This document shows, in pieces, positions 44,301 to 59,637 of a stretch of 64,000 nt of DNA. Position numbers and translations under genes: made by a program. This DNA is from Rhynchopus sp. YZ270_cl-10 (taxonomy: Eukaryota): positions 1,736,001 to 1,800,000 of the forward strand of contig OZ037835.1 in assembly GCA_964035575.1 (NCBI GenBank), written 5' to 3'. The notes under the pieces are model-generated. The model saw nothing but the letters and a program-made list of their open reading frames with translations. It did no database searches and was not told where the DNA came from. Position 1 is the first letter of the stretch; each line of letters begins with the position of its first letter.

Positions 44301-47300
44301 GCCACCAACACCATCGCCACCGACACCCAGTCCCCCGACACCGTCACCACCAACACCAGCACCACCCACGCCATCACCACCAACACCAGCGCCTCCCACA
44401 CCATCACCACCCACGCCGTCGCCACCCACTCCAGCACCACCGACACCGTCACCACCGACACCCAGTCCCCCGACACCGTCGCCACCAACACCATCACCAC
44501 CCACGCCGTCACCACCAACACCAGCGCCTCCCACACCATCACCACCGACACCGTCACCACCCACTCCAGCACCACCAACACCGTCGCCACCGACACCCAG
44601 TCCACCGACACCGTCACCACCCACTCCAGCACCACCAACACCGTCGCCACCGACACCCAGTCCACCCACGCCATCACCGCCAACACCAGCGCCTCCCACA
44701 CCATCGCCACCGACACCGGCACCACCCACTCCAGCACCACCGACACCAGCACCACCCACGCCGTCGCCACCCACCCCAGCCCCACCGACACCGTCACCAC
44801 CTACACCCAGTCCCCCGACACCGTCGCCACCAACACCATCACCACCCACCCCGTCACCACCAACACCAGCGCCTCCCACACCATCACCACCGACACCGTC
44901 ACCACCCACTCCAGCACCACCGACACCAGCACCACCCACACTGTCCCCCACACCAGCACCACCAACACCTCTACCCATTTCACCAGTACCGCCAACACCA
45001 GCGCCACCGACACAACCACCACCCACGCCGTCACCGCCCACACCAGCCCCACCGACACTGTCGCCACCAACACCGTCACCGCCAACACCAGCACCTCCCA
45101 CACCATCGCCACCTACACCCAGTCCACCGACACCATCACCACCAACACCGTCGCCACCCACCCCAGCCCCCCCGACACCATCACCACCGACACCCAGTCC
45201 ACCGACACCGTCACCACCAACACCAGCACCGCCAACACCAGTGCCACCGACACCGTCGCCACGAACACCGTCACCGCCAACACCAGCGCCACCCACGCCA
45301 TCGCCACCGACACCCAGTCCACCGACACCGTCACCACCCACCCCAGCACCACCCACACTGTCCCCCACACCAGCACCGCCAACACCTCTACCCATTTCAC
45401 CAGTACCGCCAACACCAGCGCCACCGACACAATCACCACCGACACCCAGTCCCCCGACACCGTCGCCACCAACACCATCACCACCCACGCCGTCACCGCC
45501 CACACCAGCCCCACCGACACTGTCGCCACCAACACCGTCACCGCCAACACCATCGCCACCTACACCCAGTCCACCGACACCATCACCGCCGACACCGTCA
45601 CCATCAACACCAGCGCCACCGACACCCAGTCCACCGACACCGTCACCACCAACACCAGCGCCGCCAACACCATCACCACCCACACCCAGTCCACCCACTC
45701 CAGCACCACCAACACCTCTACCCATTTCACCAGTACCGCCAACACCAACGCCACCGACACAACCACCACCCACGCCGTCACCACCCACACCAGCCCCACC
45801 GTCACCGTCACCGCCAACACCATCGCCACCCACGCCGTCGCCACCGACACCCAGTCCACCGACAGCATCGCCACCCACCCCAGCGCCTCCCACACCTTCC
45901 CCGCCCACACCGTCACCACCAACGCCTGTGCCCATTTCACCAGTGCCGCCCACACCAGCGCCACCGACACAACCACCACCGACACCGGCACCACGAACAC
46001 CATCGCCACAGACACTGTCGCCACCAACACCCTCACCGTTAACCCTTTCACCACCGACTCCTTCACCACCCACTGCATCACCACCAACACCGTCACCACC
46101 GACACCTTCCCCACCAACTCCATCACCACCAACACCGTCGCCCCCAACCTACGCCCCGCTCACGTCGTCCCCTACGCAACTGTACAGCATTGTGGCAAGG
46201 TTTGCGCTGCAGGGAACCGCACCGTTCCACACACTAGCACGCAACGACGCAACCGTCGTGGCGGCGTGCACGGACTCACTGCAGGTTTACAACGCCACGA
46301 ACGTGACACACCCTGCGCACACCACTGCTGTGGCACTGCCGGACGGACGGTGCATCTCTCGCTTCCGCTTCACAGGCGCCGACACCGGGGTTGTGGGGTG
46401 CACATTCACACGCGACGACGACACCGGCAGCAGGGAAGCGTACTCCGCCACCCTCGCCACCGACACCACCGAACTCACCCTCGCGAGCACCACCTTCACC
46501 GAATTCACTGTCAGCGGCGACACTGTCCACTTTGGCGGTGCCGACCACGCCTCCGACCTCCACGTGGTCACCCGCTTTGGCACCACTTCAAGCAGGTCAT
46601 CACACACCGACGTCGACATCAGCGTGGAATCGATGGCGACCATGTCCGACGGCTCTGTGCTGATCACCGGCTACGACACCGACAACGTCTACAAAATGGT
46701 CAAGGTGTACATGCTGTCGCTCAGCGGCAGCCCGCTGGTCTCTATCAACGTAGTCACCAACGGCCTCGAGAAGGAGGCCATGCTCCGTGTCCACGACAAC
46801 CTCGTCTTTGTCCTCAACACAGACCGCCTTACCATCATGCAGGTGGACACCACAGCAAAGCCCACGGTCCTCAGTACCACAACATTCCCCGGGGCTCGCT
46901 TCTCCAGCGGGCTGGTCTTCAACGGAAACACTCTCTTCGCCACTGAGGACGGTAGCAACACTATCCTTGCCATCGACTTCAGCGATACACGCCTTCCACT
47001 CCTCCGCCAGGTTGCTAACATTGAAGCACGCCCTGTCGACCTCCTTGTAGTTCGAAACTACCTCTACGCGCTGACCGAGAATGGAACCATCATCGTCTTC
47101 GATGGTTTATATGATGGAACTGCCACCACTTCCCCGGAGACTGCTGTGCCTAAGACAGCTACTCCTACGACAGACCCGCCAGCAACACGGTCTCCACCGA
47201 CACCATCGCCAACAGCATCCCCCACAGCGCTGCCCCCTACATCTCAACCTACAGCTATCCCAACGGTGCCGTCTGCAGCTCCGATAACTTCGTCACCTCG

Positions 47301-49299
47301 TACGTCGTCTCCTGCAACTTCAGTGCCCACAACGCAGCCTCCAGATACCATTGGTCCCACTGCGGAACCGCAGGCAGTTTTATTTGAGACGTTAAGTGTC
47401 GTTTCATTGGACACCGATCAGCACCATGTTGACATGTGGGGGGATGTTGTTGTGGTGTTGTCGCGTCGTCGGCATGTTTTGTATGTGTACGATATAGTAG
47501 AAGGTGTGTTGGCATTGAGGGGTTCGGTGACAATGGATGCGGCGTGTAGTAGTGGTGTGGTCATAACGTCGGGGGGTACCGTAGCGTTGTTACGTTGCAA
47601 CGCATTGGGGATAATCTCGGTTGATATTAGCGCACAGCCGACCCAGACCGATCTGAGCCTCCTCATCGAGGACACCTCCCCGCTTATCACACAAGGTAAT
47701 CTGATGTATACCACAACGTTTTCAAATGGTGACTTTCTCTCAATCATTCGGGTCGAAAATTTGCAACACCTTACGGACATAGAGCTGCCAGAAGCTGGGA
47801 GGTTTATTGCAATAAGCGGATCGATAGTATATAGTGCAGGCCTTTCAGGAGTAGCAACCATTGATGTGATTCGCGGGGAGGTCACATCGTTTATAACGTA
47901 TGGAGTGGAAATGATGTGCTATGGAATTTCTATTGAAGCCGACACCGTCTATACCATGCTCGGAACTGGGGTAGAGAGAGCGCTTCAAAAATTTTCGATT
48001 GAAACCGATGCGTCCCTCTCTGACGCTGGAGTGACACGGTTCTGGAGGGATGGAGGTGACTTCACTGACGCATTTTTTGTCTCAGGGGGGCACGCTTACT
48101 TTGGGGATGAACAAAGCAGACTGTGGGTTGTGGATATTTCAGTGGACTCTCCAGAGTTGATGCGAATGGTTGACACAAAGTTTGCCCCGCAAAACGTTGT
48201 TGTGTGGGGAACATTGGCAGTAGTCGTCACAAAAAAGAGCGTTGAAATGATATCAATTCTGTCCGGCCTACATGCTCCACCACCTACCTCGTTGCCTACT
48301 GCCTCCCCTACAACAGCACCTACTCCAGTACCTTCATCAGTGCCTACGTTGGCAACATCTTCTCCTCCTTCTTCAACCCCTGCTCCAAGCGTCCAATCGA
48401 ACACTCTTACCCCAACTTCGATCCCATCTACGTCTTCTTCCCCGGTGTTAACAAATTCTCCGATTTTTACATCTCCTTCTCCAATCGAAACCTGTAATTC
48501 TGCATCATGCAGGTCCCTTGGGGATTCAGAGGCAGTCTGTGGAGACAATGCGTGCCTTTGCAGTGCAGGGTTTAGTTCTCAGGGGAAAATTTGTGTTGCG
48601 GATGGGGTGAACCTGGAGGATATTACAGATACGAGGTTGGTTGCGTTCTTTGCGGCAGCGTGCGATGCATGGGAAGATGGATTCGTTGAGCTTTGGAAGG
48701 CAGTCGCGGTGGCGGTACTTGGAGGAGAGGTAGCAAATATTGTTGTCAGCTGCACCACATCACGCGATGCAAAGGTTTTGTCAGAGATGATTAGCGTCTC
48801 TGCTGACGTATACGGCGTAATAGTAGGAAAAATGCTGTCAGCGCAAGATGAAATCACTACAGAGCTCTCCCACCGCTACGAAATAAATGAAGAATACAAG
48901 ACCATGAGTACCCTAGGTGCAGTAGAGGTGACTGTCGCGTCTTCAGAGTGCGTCGCTGAATATGCGTTGTCTTCAATGATGCGGAGCGGAGTTTGTATAG
49001 CGCTGTCGTGCGTCTCAGGGTATGCGCTGGACACAGCAAACCAATGCATTCGTCTCCCCCCGCAAGGAACAGAACGTGAGACAGAAGGAGAGACCGGAGG
49101 GGGTATCAATATCATTATTGTGATTGCGTTGTCGATCTTCGGGCTCTGTTTTGTGTGCTGTGTGGCAACCTGTTTGGTCTGGCATTGTAGCAGGAAGAGT
49201 AGTGCCGATAAGAACGACAAAAAAACGCACAAAACTGATTGTCTAGAAGTTGAGATGGGCCACAGCATGGACCATAGTACAGACACGAATCCTTGTTGA
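41317..49299 (+). CDS. Large type I surface glycoprotein (2660 aa): signal peptide, LamG/ConA-like domain, 10 Cys-rich CCxCxGG modules, (PPTPS/A)n mucin stalk, two probable beta-propeller regions, EGF-like region, TM
   Basis: Signal [29 protein letters not shown]...IWWDG...LDGTVKNF; 10 ACCxC(x)GG motifs; PT repeats 44270-46170; [26 protein letters not shown]. Confidence 0.88.
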   Translation: MHTRCAVYASLFCFVAVHVAAASEPEPCASPILLTSFSSSAEHDPTRTLTFGGALKMDAEVQVDSYTTGGRVFDFSNGPDADNVLVGLDKGRWAFLAYHGSVAGTGLVDTEQVPLGVSAQLMVVIDAKGFAQIWWDGALRVSGIVTLPQMATRTRNLIGSSPWESDVDLDGTVKNFSFSACDATVAPDTNVPTPAPDTLSPDSCLDHVMYDGAVWHLVRPIYTCAYLSQDATFCFKELYDLDGRFTAKQACCFCGGGVNTEVPATAIPATLVPSICADHIRTDGNPWDLSEGETCAFRSSVMDACSDVRHDEDRMLTTAEACCFCGGGVDTRPPETGAPATATPPVTFGPLPCADKVDEGGAVWCIENRPEDTCVSLEAVYSTTVCSSDFASADGTRIWEACCFCFGGVSSMAPATAAPLTPPTEAPPTPVPAPCTDLPLLNGSAWFATHSDHTCTALSTTVDYCRWGLQDPDEEYTIAEACCFCGGGSATHAPDTQSPTTAPQTDVPTASPTGVPTPSGTPSTVSPPTLVPEICVDVTLEDGTAWSLDGLSSTQCTVLAASGTCDTLLLGILDLSISSACCHCGGGHSTRPPETTAPATHSPLDCTDRTFSDGDGDGGGGDTWFLETDENTSCTALSLDKEGDHCNSKTTDQKGQYTTGEACCFCGGGVHSTYPPNTFAPTPVPSTQAPPGGCSDHTLDGGAWSLGFPFSTCDDLGEYETLCDMAMRDLGGVYTIAEACCFCGGGVNTAAPETTAPGTLVPSICIDHTKSNADEWYLFKVEETCASFVLIEGACEDVRTDLDRGFTIGQACCFCGGGIDTRPPQTTAPQTTVPDTSAPPTPAPDTSVPAPCQDHLLLNGSVWHLGDPTWSSCAVLDVKYCGLDFLDADGVHTIATACCMCEGGGVATHAPPTAAPPTAAPTLIPTPVPQSFCVDHPNDVGGAWTVGSDTCDTVLCGEIQSMGDQSSLSAEEACCRCGGGVVTRAPPTMAPPTPSPPTPSPPTPSPPTPSPPTPAPPTPSPPTPAPPTPSPPTPSPPTPAPPTPSPPTPSPPTPSPPTPSPPTPSPPTPAPPTPSPPTPSPPTPAPPTPSPPTPSPPTPSPPTPAPPTPSPPTPSPPTPSPPTPAPPTPSPPTPAPPTPAPPTPAPPTPSPPTPAPPTPSPPTPSPPTPSPPTPSPPTPSPPTPAPPTPSPPTPSPPTPAPPTPAPPTLSPTPAPPTPLPISPVPPTPAPPTQPPPTPSPPTPAPPTLSPPTPSPPTPAPPTPSPPTPSPPTPSPPTPSPPTPAPPTPSPPTPSPPTPSPPTPAPPTPVPPTPSPRTPSPPTPAPPTPSPPTPSPPTPSPPTPAPPTLSPTPAPPTPLPISPVPPTPAPPTQSPPTPSPPTPSPPTPSPPTPSPPTPAPPTLSPPTPSPPTPSPPTPSPPTPSPPTPSPSTPAPPTPSPPTPSPPTPAPPTPSPPTPSPPTPAPPTPLPISPVPPTPTPPTQPPPTPSPPTPAPPSPSPPTPSPPTPSPPTPSPPTASPPTPAPPTPSPPTPSPPTPVPISPVPPTPAPPTQPPPTPAPRTPSPQTLSPPTPSPLTLSPPTPSPPTASPPTPSPPTPSPPTPSPPTPSPPTYAPLTSSPTQLYSIVARFALQGTAPFHTLARNDATVVAACTDSLQVYNATNVTHPAHTTAVALPDGRCISRFRFTGADTGVVGCTFTRDDDTGSREAYSATLATDTTELTLASTTFTEFTVSGDTVHFGGADHASDLHVVTRFGTTSSRSSHTDVDISVESMATMSDGSVLITGYDTDNVYKMVKVYMLSLSGSPLVSINVVTNGLEKEAMLRVHDNLVFVLNTDRLTIMQVDTTAKPTVLSTTTFPGARFSSGLVFNGNTLFATEDGSNTILAIDFSDTRLPLLRQVANIEARPVDLLVVRNYLYALTENGTIIVFDGLYDGTATTSPETAVPKTATPTTDPPATRSPPTPSPTASPTALPPTSQPTAIPTVPSAAPITSSPRTSSPATSVPTTQPPDTIGPTAEPQAVLFETLSVVSLDTDQHHVDMWGDVVVVLSRRRHVLYVYDIVEGVLALRGSVTMDAACSSGVVITSGGTVALLRCNALGIISVDISAQPTQTDLSLLIEDTSPLITQGNLMYTTTFSNGDFLSIIRVENLQHLTDIELPEAGRFIAISGSIVYSAGLSGVATIDVIRGEVTSFITYGVEMMCYGISIEADTVYTMLGTGVERALQKFSIETDASLSDAGVTRFWRDGGDFTDAFFVSGGHAYFGDEQSRLWVVDISVDSPELMRMVDTKFAPQNVVVWGTLAVVVTKKSVEMISILSGLHAPPPTSLPTASPTTAPTPVPSSVPTLATSSPPSSTPAPSVQSNTLTPTSIPSTSSSPVLTNSPIFTSPSPIETCNSASCRSLGDSEAVCGDNACLCSAGFSSQGKICVADGVNLEDITDTRLVAFFAAACDAWEDGFVELWKAVAVAVLGGEVANIVVSCTTSRDAKVLSEMISVSADVYGVIVGKMLSAQDEITTELSHRYEINEEYKTMSTLGAVEVTVASSECVAEYALSSMMRSGVCIALSCVSGYALDTANQCIRLPPQGTERETEGETGGGINIIIVIALSIFGLCFVCCVATCLVWHCSRKSSADKNDKKTHKTDCLEVEMGHSMDHSTDTNPC

Positions 49300-49849
49300 A
49301 AAAAAGGTCAATTTTGTGTCCTTTTTTTTGAAAATGGGTGTAGAACAGCGCAGGGTTGGGAGGGGTAAACCCTCACCCGGTACACCAAAGGTACACTGTT
49401 ACGAGAGGGGGGCTGATGTATTTTCAAGCCAACTGTAAATGCTACGGCGTTTTGCACTCTCTGTGAACCCGCCCTTTGTGTACTCCTTTTGGCTGCTCGC
49501 TGGCGATAAAAAAAACGAGGGGGGAGGGAGGGAGGGGAAACTCCCGATTATAGATCGCCTAGTGCAAAGGTTGTAGGGGAGGAAAATGAAAACGTATTCT
49601 GAGTGGCCCGATTTTTTTTTTTGGTGAGAGCGACACAAAACACAACACAACTTATTCCCAAAAAAGTTTTTGATTTTTTGTCCCACTCCACAAATCCGGT
49701 GCAAACAAATGAAAAATTTGTCTGATTTCTTTATCAGACTAACTAAAACTCAGATACTCAGTTTTGATTTTTCTCTCACCATTTTTCTTTTCTAGCCTGG
49801 CTGAGGTTTGTGAGGCTGAGGTTGTACACAACGTTTTCTTTGTTTTCTT

Positions 49850-49985
49850 TTCTTACAGTTTCCCTGTAGACCTCTCCCAAACGCAACACTCCGTGGGTTC
49901 GACAACCCACAGAGTGTCAGATGCCTGCGTCCCAGAGGCGTTTTGCACTATCAACCTCACTTTCTTTTGGGTGAGGCATTTTGCC
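49850..49985 (+). mobile_element. Isolated 3' end of the non-LTR retrotransposon
   Basis: Matches 12000-12130, including the CACTCCG-GGGTTCGA-AACCCAC-GAGTG hairpin. Confidence 0.8.
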
Positions 49986-50809
49986 ATTTTCCTTTATTTT
50001 AGAACTATGCTCGAAAGGACTGCTCGATTTTTTTTTTTTGAGTTCGCGCATGACCGCACACATGTGAAAGGGTGTGTTCGCTTTTGCCAAAACCCGCCCC
50101 CCACAGTGCAGTATTGTCAATGTGTGTCAACTTTTCCATTTTTTTCCCCCAATTTCTCTTTCTTCCTATCCCTTATTAAAAAAAATGAATTGTGCTGCAT
50201 ATTAAATAGTTGCGCTTTTTTTTTGTCCGTTTTTATGATTCAATATGTGCTTGTGATCCATCTGACGATTCTTCTTATGGGAGCGTACAACTAACAAACT
50301 CTCCCCCTATTTCGTTTCCCTGTGGGTGAAGATAGCTATTGACACCCGTAGTATTTCCGTTTTCAGATTCAAGATGTGCTTGTGATCCATCTAGTAATTC
50401 TTCTTTCCGGAAACTGAGGAAACTGATCACGAACTCATCTTGATAAAAAAAAAGACGACATTGAGTACAGATCCTGCACTAGCAGGTGATTGTCGACACA
50501 ACAAAAAATATTGTCTTTTTTATATGCCTGCATCCGCCCGCCGATGAACGGTGAGGTGTTTTTTTTTGCACTTTTCAACTGTTTTTTTTTGTCTTGTTTC
50601 TCCCATAGCGGGCCTCTGAAAAAAGCGCCCTAAAAAAAAACACAGACAGTGGAGATTGCACAACTGTGGCAACACTACCGAGGCAACTACACTACTCCAA
50701 ACAATGTATCAAAAAACACAGCAAATTTGCAGAGCGATCAACGAAATGCATAATTTTGTTTTTTATTTTTGTCATATCCTGAAGTCAAATTTATAAATAA
50801 GCCATTTTA

Positions 50810-51000
50810 GGCTGATTGACGTCGGGCTGGTTTGCCCATTTTGTCACTTTTTACCACCGATTTAAACGGATCACCACCGATCGCGATCGATCAGCACAGA
50901 TCAACACCGACCACCACCGCTCACCCACCGATTGCGTTTACGCACCGATCAGTACCAATCACCACCGATCACCACCGGCCAAGCCCGGCGTCAATCAGCC
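50810..51000. mobile_element. MITE with ~20-bp TIR, TA flanks and internal CACCACCGAT repeats; partial second copy ~55580-55652
   Basis: GGCTGATTGACGTCGGGCT / AGCCCGGCGTCAATCAGCC. Confidence 0.8.
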
Positions 51001-53077
51001 TAAAATCATTTTTTCTTTTAGTTGCATTTTTTTAGTTTAGATATGCTGTGGCATATGCATCTTTATTCAACTTTTATTTTGTCACCCATCATGCAATGAA
51101 ACAGAAACAACGCATTTTTGAACACACTTTTGCGGTTCTAGGGACGAACCGCGTCTGCAAAGAACCACTCCTCACCAAACAGGTCGATGTGTGCGTTTCA
51201 CCACAACCCTCTCTCCCATGGGTTTTTATCTTATGTTTATGAGTGCTACGTTTCTATTTTCTCTCTTTTTTTTTTATTCTGTTATGTTGAAATACTTTCA
51301 TTCTTGTTTGATGAAATGATGCCCAAAACCGAGCTTCATTTTTTTTACGAAGGGTTCGAAGAGAGCTAGACACTCATCAAAGCATTGCTTTTCGTGACTC
51401 ACTTAGTTTTCTAATAGTCTCGCAGGCTTATCAGTATTGCGGGCATCCGAGCAGAATCCCCCGTTGTGCGTGAATATGAAAAGGAATTATAGGTGTGGCT
51501 GAAAGGGGGCGCTTGTGCTACTTTCTGCTATTTTCTTCTATTTTTGGGTCGTCGGCCACACCAAATTATTTTGAACACAGTTTTCGACGTAAGCCACAAA
51601 ATGAATGTAGGAACTGCATGGGTGGACCCCCCGGTACACCCGGTTGTACCAAGGTACACTGTCATGAGAGGGCTGTTGTATTTCAAGTCAAGGTTATTTA
51701 TGTGTATGCAGGTATCGCTCGTGTATAGAGTCACAATCGTCTTTTTTCAAATTTTCTATTTTTTTGTGCGTGCGAGAGACGTGCGTGAGATTCACCTATC
51801 ATGAGTAAAATGCTCCATTTTCTTAATATGACTACATGACAAAAATGACAGCAGGAAAATTAAACACTGCACTCCCACTTCGTTTTTTTCTATTCTGGGG
51901 CGGGTTAGAGTAGAGCCACACTTCACACCTAAACAGGTCGAGGTGTTGTGCGTTTCACAACCTCTCCCTTTTGTCTTTTGTTTGTAAGGTGGCGAGAAGG
52001 TTAGGGTCATCTTATTAGCTTTTCTTTGTCTAGAATGTCTTTATTGCTGAAACACAAAAAGTGCGTGGAGATCACACGAAAAAAAAAGCGAGGCGACTGC
52101 ACGTTGTCAATTTATCAAAGCAAAAACTTAGTGGAGTTCATCCTCGGGTGTCTACACTAATACAACCAAGTTTTCAAAAAACAAAAAACAAAAAAAAAAA
52201 GCGAATATTAGTGAGAGTTGTAGTGTTCATTCAAAGGCTACGTCGCCCCTGCCCTCCCCTCCCCTCCTCCCCCGCTCTCATTCCATCATTGCCTTTGTCA
52301 AAAAAAATGTTGCCAGAAAATATTTGCCCCAAAAAAAACAATGCGCTTTTTATCACCCCTGTACTTTCATTCTCTAAAGGTGCTGACGTTACCAATCCCC
52401 CCCTTGATAGGTAATTTGGGGGTGTACCGCACATTCATCTGACAAGTTGTTTTTATTTAATTTTTACGCACACTACTTTGTGAGCGGAAAGTGTCACGTC
52501 GTTCACTCACCCAACCGTGCTCCGCAACACCACCAACCAACAGGTAATTTTTAGTGTGTGTGGAAGCGTCAACGCATCAAACAACTACAAGAAGGGGGGT
52601 GAGGGAACGACAAGTGACACTTTTTTTTTTTGGTGTTACCGAAGTCCTTGTCGGGGACCTGTCAGTTTTGGGGGTGTTGTGATTATAGAGAGTGGACCCC
52701 CCCGGTTGTGTCGGGACCTGTCGGTATTGGGCAATTTCGAGACCGCCATTTTTTTGGTTTGTTTTTGGTTATTTTGTTCGGTTCTACTTTGATACTTCTG
52801 TGGACAGAAAGCGTCAAGGTTTTTTTAACGATAATGTTTTCTTGCTTTTTTGCATCACCAAAACTTTTTATAAAGCAGAGTAGCTGAGGCGTACTCGGGG
52901 AATCCTCAGCCACGCCTCTTATTATGAATTTCTTCTGAGAAACAGAGAAAACCGACAACAGAAACCTTTTATCGGAAACTGTTTTCTTCTCCGTCAACAC
53001 AACAAAACCACAGAAAAAACTTTTTCACACAACGTCTTTTTTTCTGTTTTTCTCCTTTTTTAACTTTCTGCTTTTCA

Positions 53078-56000
53078 CACGGGTTGCCGACGATCGTAGT
53101 ACGAAATTTTACGATCGTAAAATTTTACGATCGTTACGATCGTAGTACGATCGTAGACGAAATTTTACGAAATTTTACGATCGTAGTACGTTTGCCAAAC
53201 GAAATAACGAATATCGCTTGAAATACCGTTCGATATTCCTTGCATGGTGTGCATGAAGCACACACAAGGTATATCAAACGATAATCAATCAGATAAAACG
53301 TTACATCATTGGAAAATTGTTGGCACCGCCGCCCTGTCTTCGTATTTATTACGTCGACAGGCCAAACAACGTTGGGCTCAGAAGAAGCAGTGCTAGACAG
53401 TCACTGGGGATCAACATGAGAACCAACTCCCAACAACACAGGCTACCGAAGTAGCAGGTGGGGTGTTGCGGGTGTTTGGGGTGAAAGAAAATCGATTTTG
53501 GTAAGTTACAGCAGAAAATTCTTAAGTTTGCAATAGCGAGAAGGGTTACACTGCTCTTGCGAGCTGTGAACCGGTAAGGTTGAGAAGGGTGACACGGCAT
53601 ACAAGTACAAGTACAAGTAAGACGTACCTTCTGCAAAGGCTGAATTCGCAATTCTAAGGGATATGAATTCAGCCCCCACATGTTTTTTTGAGATAATCAT
53701 TCCATGGTATACTAGGCGTTCCCGAAGAATGAATCGCCCCCTCCTCGTTCATGCAAACTCAAGAAAATTCTGAAGTAACTACAACCTGGCGTGCGGGTAC
53801 AGATGCATTGCTTTGTTCTTTCCTCAAAGTCATGTGTGATCTCTCGGGTCTGTACTAAAGTCAGTGTTTAGATAAGCATCCACTTGACTCGTTCTAACAA
53901 CCGTTGAAATCTAGAACAAAACAACACACTGCCCCTTCTCACACCAAGCCGCCATGCTTCAAGAGCATGCCCTGGGCAAAAATTACTGTGACAAAAATTA
54001 GTATTCTGGGGGAACGCAATATTTTCTTGTGTCTAGTCCTCCGCAAGAGCAGAGGACAGACTTTCCGGATCCCGAAGTCGAATTTCTTGCACTAGCTATG
54101 CTCCCTGGGTTAATGGCTATAGCAGTGACTGACTAAGAGTTTCATAATAATTAGGGTGGTCTATGGGGTGGGTTAATGGAAAAGTTGGCACTCGGACTTT
54201 TTGCTCGATTTTTGCTCCTTTGAACTCAGAATAACGTTTCTGAGGTCACAGGAGCAAAAATCGAGCAAAAAGTCCGAGTAGAAGATAGATGAATTAACGT
54301 CGAGAGGTACTACTACAATAGAAAATAACTATTTTTTACCGAACAGAAAGGTCGTTTTATTGATGAGTGTTTTCTGAGTGCACACTCAGTGGGGACAAAA
54401 TGCAACACTTCAAGGCATGCAATACTCCAAGGAATTTGCTAAGGAAAAGTCGATATTGTGGGCCCCTGTAGTAGTGCATATAGTTTACCCCCAGATCGTC
54501 AAAACACCCGATTTTTGCGTTTTTTTGCACTTTTTGGTGCCCAAAAACCCAACTCAGGGGTCGAAATTTTCCCGAAAAAAAAAATTTTTTTTTTTGAGAT
54601 TTTTTGATTTTTTGACAAGGCGCTGGCCCATACAAAATGCACTGGTGGTACAGAAAATGACTGGGGAATTAACTCTAGATGCTCAAAACAGCCCAATTCT
54701 TGCTTTTTTTGACTTTTTGGTCCCAGAAGGGGACGTAGGGTGTAGTGAGCAGGCCTCAAAAACACTTGTGAAAAAAAATTTTGATGTTTTTTCATAGTGT
54801 GAGAACGATCGTGACGGTTTTTTTCAAGATCTTGAACTTTTTTTCAAGATCTTGACATTTTTTTTTTTTTTTCACGATCGTTTTTTTTTTTCACGATCGT
54901 TTTTTTTTTTTCCCCTAGTAGTACAAGGGGCATGGGCGTGAAATGGGTGGCAAGGGAGAGTTTCTGGGTTCTACTTGGAATTTTTGACCGACTCTTTTCC
55001 TTGAAACGATTTTGTGGCGAATCTTTCAAATAAAGCAAAAATCGAGAACATTCTCACACCAGAATCCCCCCCAACGGATGTCGCCAGCGAGGCACTAAAA
55101 CCAGAAAACCGTTTTTACCCATGGCAAGTGCCACTATAGTGGCGCACGAATGCCACACGTTGGTAGGGGTAATGGGGTTCTACTCATTTTCGTAAAAACA
55201 TTTTTTTTCTGTGTGACAATAATAAGGCAAGAATCGACAACTTTCGTGAAAATGTCATATCGTTGGATGCTGGAGGGAGGTGGGTCAACCCTAGGAAAAG
55301 GACTTTTTTTGGCGCTCACCCCCAAAATCACCCCCTGCCTCGTGACTTCGCCCTGCAAACAGAATTCTACTCAAAATCGTAAAATAAATTATATTTCGTA
55401 AGAATTGATGTCGATCTTTTAGATAAAGCCAAAATCGAGCAGTTTTGATGATTAGGTTAGTGCAGCCGTAACAAGGAGAACACAGGGTAAAATCCCTTGG
55501 TTTTCCCTTGCTGTACTGTATGTGTTAAAAAGTGTATATTGGTGTACGGGAGAGACGCGCGTTTAAAGTTGCAACATTTTTAGGCTGATTGACGTGGGCC
55601 TGGCATGCCCCATTTTTCACTTTTTACCACCGATTTAATTCGATCACCATCGAACACTGGGAAAATTTCTGTCAGTTTGGGGTATAACACGTGTATGACC
55701 TAATTTTAAGTGGTCAGAAGTGGAGTCTGACCCCCGTGCCCATCATTTTTGAGCATGTTTTTTGGTTTTCCTTAGCACAACGTAGGAGAAGGCGAACTGT
55801 TTACAAGGAGGGACAGGGTCGAGCGTGAGTGGGTCACTGCAGTGGCTCACGATACACTGAACGGGTTTGCGGCTGGGAGGGAAACGTTTCCACTGTTACA
55901 GGCAAGTCACAAGGGGGTGGTGACTTGTGTGGGAGAAATGGGTACGGACAAGACTGTATGCGTTTAGTCCCAAGAGCCTTCACTGATGTCAGAGTCGTGA

Positions 56001-58713
56001 TGCTCAGCATCATCATCAACCTTGGGGTCCTCAGCTGTCGCGTCGCAGTCAATATAGCTCCCGCACGCTCCTTCTCCTCCTGCACCAGCTTCTCCTCATC
56101 CCACCAACCATTCTCTTGTGGCGGCTTGCTCTCGCGCAAACTGCGTGCTACGACCACAAGCTTGTGCAGCTTTGGTGCAACTAGCCAGTTGCGCCTCTTC
56201 TCGCTCATCCACCCATCGTACTGAAGATGCGCTCAGCATGTTGAGGCACAAATGGAACTCAGGGGAAGAGCTGTGTGCTGTGGACAGAGAGGCCAGGGTT
56301 TGGGGTGCTGTGTGAGCTACAAACGCTCCCCTTCCCTCCTTAGAGCTAACAAACATTACCCGTTGTCTTGCAAGAACTTGCCCAATTCTGCAAATTGACC
56401 CCACCACTGCACGGGCGGCTTCCAAAAATGCAAATAAGGACCCTTTTCCACAACCTTCCTTCACAGAAGGGTCAATTTTACAAACCCGGATTTTGAGGAA
56501 AATTTTAGCCGAAAATGGGCCCACGTATAAGTGACCGGGCTCATATTTCTCAAAATTTAAGTGGTCAAAAAATCCAATTTTCGAGATTGACCCCACCACT
56601 GCACGGGCGAATCCCAAAAATGTAAATAAAGACGTTTTTGGCCCAAAATAAATCTGCCAAAATTGTGTCCCGGATTGGATTTTGGACTCCGGACCCCATA
56701 TTTAGAAATAGCCCTGTGTTCTAAACAATGAGCATCACAGCGGTTGACCCTGGTATTTTTGGTATTTTTTGAAAATCTCAGCTCAAAAAATACCAAAAAA
56801 AAAAAATACAGGGTTTTGGATTGAGGCTGGGGTGGAGGAGTGGGGGCTCCGCCCACCTCTCACCTACCCCCCACAGAATTCTATTTTTAGAAGACAATTT
56901 TCTTCTATTTTACCGGAAAAGGAAGATGCACTGCGGCGCGAGCTTTCAACCCACCCTTCCCGCGACATAGTAGGCAATTTTAAGCGCAATTTTTAGAAAT
57001 GTTGCGTACCGTGGCTTCGCCACGAGTTTAACACTGAAAAGATGGGGAATATGCTTGAACGCGCTGTTGCCCTGTTTCTCAGCAACAAGCGTCCCAGATT
57101 CAAGAGAAAACGGAGGTGTTCCTGCTGATGGCGGAGGAGTTGGAAAACGTCGCTCCCCCCGTATTTGTTTCCGGAATTGAGCTTCTGAGGACCTTTTTCG
57201 CGCGAAGCGCGAAAAATTTTTTTTTGCCAAAAAGAAAGAAATTGGGCGTGGAATTCTAAAATTTTTCGGGGAAAACGGCATATTTAGCGATAAGTATGGG
57301 GAGCTGCGTAATCCCTGTTGCGTGACCCCCCCAAATTCTAAAATCTGTGGGACAGCGTGCTCTGACATAGGTTGTACTCATTAAAAAACCGGTAAAAATA
57401 CAAGTAATGTGTGATGGTCAAAAGTGCAAAATTCCTTCGCCAATGCATTATTTGGGCATTTGTTATACCTGGAGAATATGGTCAGATCACTCTTCAGACC
57501 ACCAGCCAACGAAATATACCGTAATTGTACAGAGGTTGGACAGTACAAAAGTTGGGCTTTTGGCCAACTTGGCCTGGTGTTGAACGCCGCATCCCCCGCC
57601 ACAATGGGCATAAATGTCCTCTTGGTCCGTAAAGGGTTAAAAAGAGTGTCTCACGATACACATACAACCACTCGCGATTGGATAGATATTGTTACAAAGG
57701 GAATTCAGAACAAAACAACACCCTGCCCCATACACACTAAATTGCCATGCTTCAAGAGCATGCCTGCCGGGCCAAAAATTACTGTGGCAAAAAGGCAGCA
57801 AGACCACCCACAAAGAGTGTGAATTGTATTGGATGGACAGGGGTTTGCACAGTGATGATGTTACTACGACTAGGTTTTTGGCGATATTACATGTGCATGT
57901 TACATGCCATGCCGTGACGTGCTGCTTCATGGTATACGCATGTCATAGAATGTCGCGATTTTTTACGATTCGTATTTCGGGTTTTGCGAATTTTGTTCCA
58001 GAAAAGTACACCCCAAAAATGGCAAAAAAGGTGACATTTTACGTCAAAACACCGCTAAAAGTTACTCTCGGCCGATTTCAGGGGGGTTGTGGGCACCTGT
58101 GGGGGCTCCCTCCCTGGTGTGGGCCAGCGATCAACGACATAATATGGGAAAAAAAAAACGATCGTTTTTTTTTTTCCTTCACGATCGTGAAGAAAAAGGT
58201 GCTTTTTTTTCACGATCGTGAAGAAAAAAAAAAAAAAAAAACGATCGTTTTTTTTTCTTCACGATCGTGAAAAAAAAAAAAAAAAAAAAAGACCGATCAC
58301 TTTTTCCCAGATTCGTAAAAAAAAAAAAAAAAAAAAAAACGATCGTTTTCACCCTATGTTTTTTAAGGTTCAAAAATCGACTTGTCTTTTTGGTAAAAAC
58401 CACGAAATTTCGGGTTCGCAAAACCGCGTTTTAGACCCCCACAGATGCTCAAAAGTGCCAAATTTTGCTTTTAATGGCCTCAAATCGTCGAAATTAGCCC
58501 TCTTTAGGGGCGAAAAAAAAAATTCGAGAGTCCCTTTCCCTGGGAGGCAATAGCCACCGGCAACTGCACCACTACGAGATTTTACGAGATTTTACGAGAT
58601 TTTACGAAATTTTACGATCGTAAATTTTCGTAGTACGATCGTAAATTTTCGTAGTACGAGGAAAAAAAGGCTACGATCGTAAAATTTCGTACTACGATCG
58701 TCGGCAACCCGTG
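53078..58713. mobile_element. 5.6-kb non-autonomous TIR element D (42-bp perfect TIR, 6-bp TSD TTTTCA) carrying many other repeats
   Basis: CACGGGTTGCCGACGATCGTAGTACGAAATTTTACGATCGTA and its reverse complement; TTTTCA at 53072-53077 and 58714-58719. Confidence 0.9.
54190..54279. repeat. 90-bp near-perfect palindrome (hairpin)
   Basis: ACTCGGACTTTTTGCTCGATTTTTGCTCCT...AGGAGCAAAAATCGAGCAAAAAGTCCGAGT. Confidence 0.9.
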
Positions 58714-59637
58714 TTTTCATTTTTTTTTTTAGATCCTGATTGGCCTTTGCTTGCATTGTGTGACATCTGTTGTCATTTCTTTTGCAGCTGGTGCCTTGTC
58801 TGGCGGGTTTGCAACACTACTTCCCCAGCCTTCATTTCTTTTCTTGTGCGGCAGATGATATGCAACTGCCTATTGGTGGTGTGATCGTCGTGGCACAAAA
58901 AGAAAGAAATAAAATGAATTATTTTCAAAGGAAACAGTCAGTTACCGTATTCGCAAAAATTATCCACCGTAAAAATGTTCGACCTTTTCAGGATTTTTCT
59001 GGAATTATACCCTAGCCTGTTTTTTTTGAAATGGTCAGACCGAGATATAGTCGAGTTATCCCAATTTTTGGGTTTTTAGGGAACATCTGAACTTATTTTT
59101 TTTTACGCAACACTACTGAGCGGAAAGTGCCACGTCGTTCACTACAAACCGCGCTCCGCAACACCACCACCCAACAAGATGAAATATAGTGTGTGGAAGC
59201 GCCAACGCGTAAACTATTTTTTTTTTTTTTTTGGGCCAATCCCAAAAATTTTCACAAATTCTGTTGATTTCTCACCAAAGGGGAGGCGCTTGCCCCCTAG
59301 CTCATTTGCCCCCAAGCCAGTAGTGGTGGGGGGGAGATGCTCTAGGTTTGCGAGGCTTTGCTCTTTGAGTTTCTACCATACAAAAAGCTGAGATTTCAAA
59401 AAAAAAAGCGAATAAAAATTACTCTGAAAGGGTTGAGGACGTGTGTACTATACCTTCCGTAGTACAACAAAAAGGTTGGTTGTGATGCATATCTAGGTCT
59501 TTGTGCCAATGTTATACACAGCAAGACCCCTGACTATATGGGTTCGTCCCAGCGCTTCGCCCTACATTGAGTAAGTGACTGTCATACAACAACAAAAACA
59601 AAGGCAAAGGCAATGATACACTTGACGTGGTTTGCAG

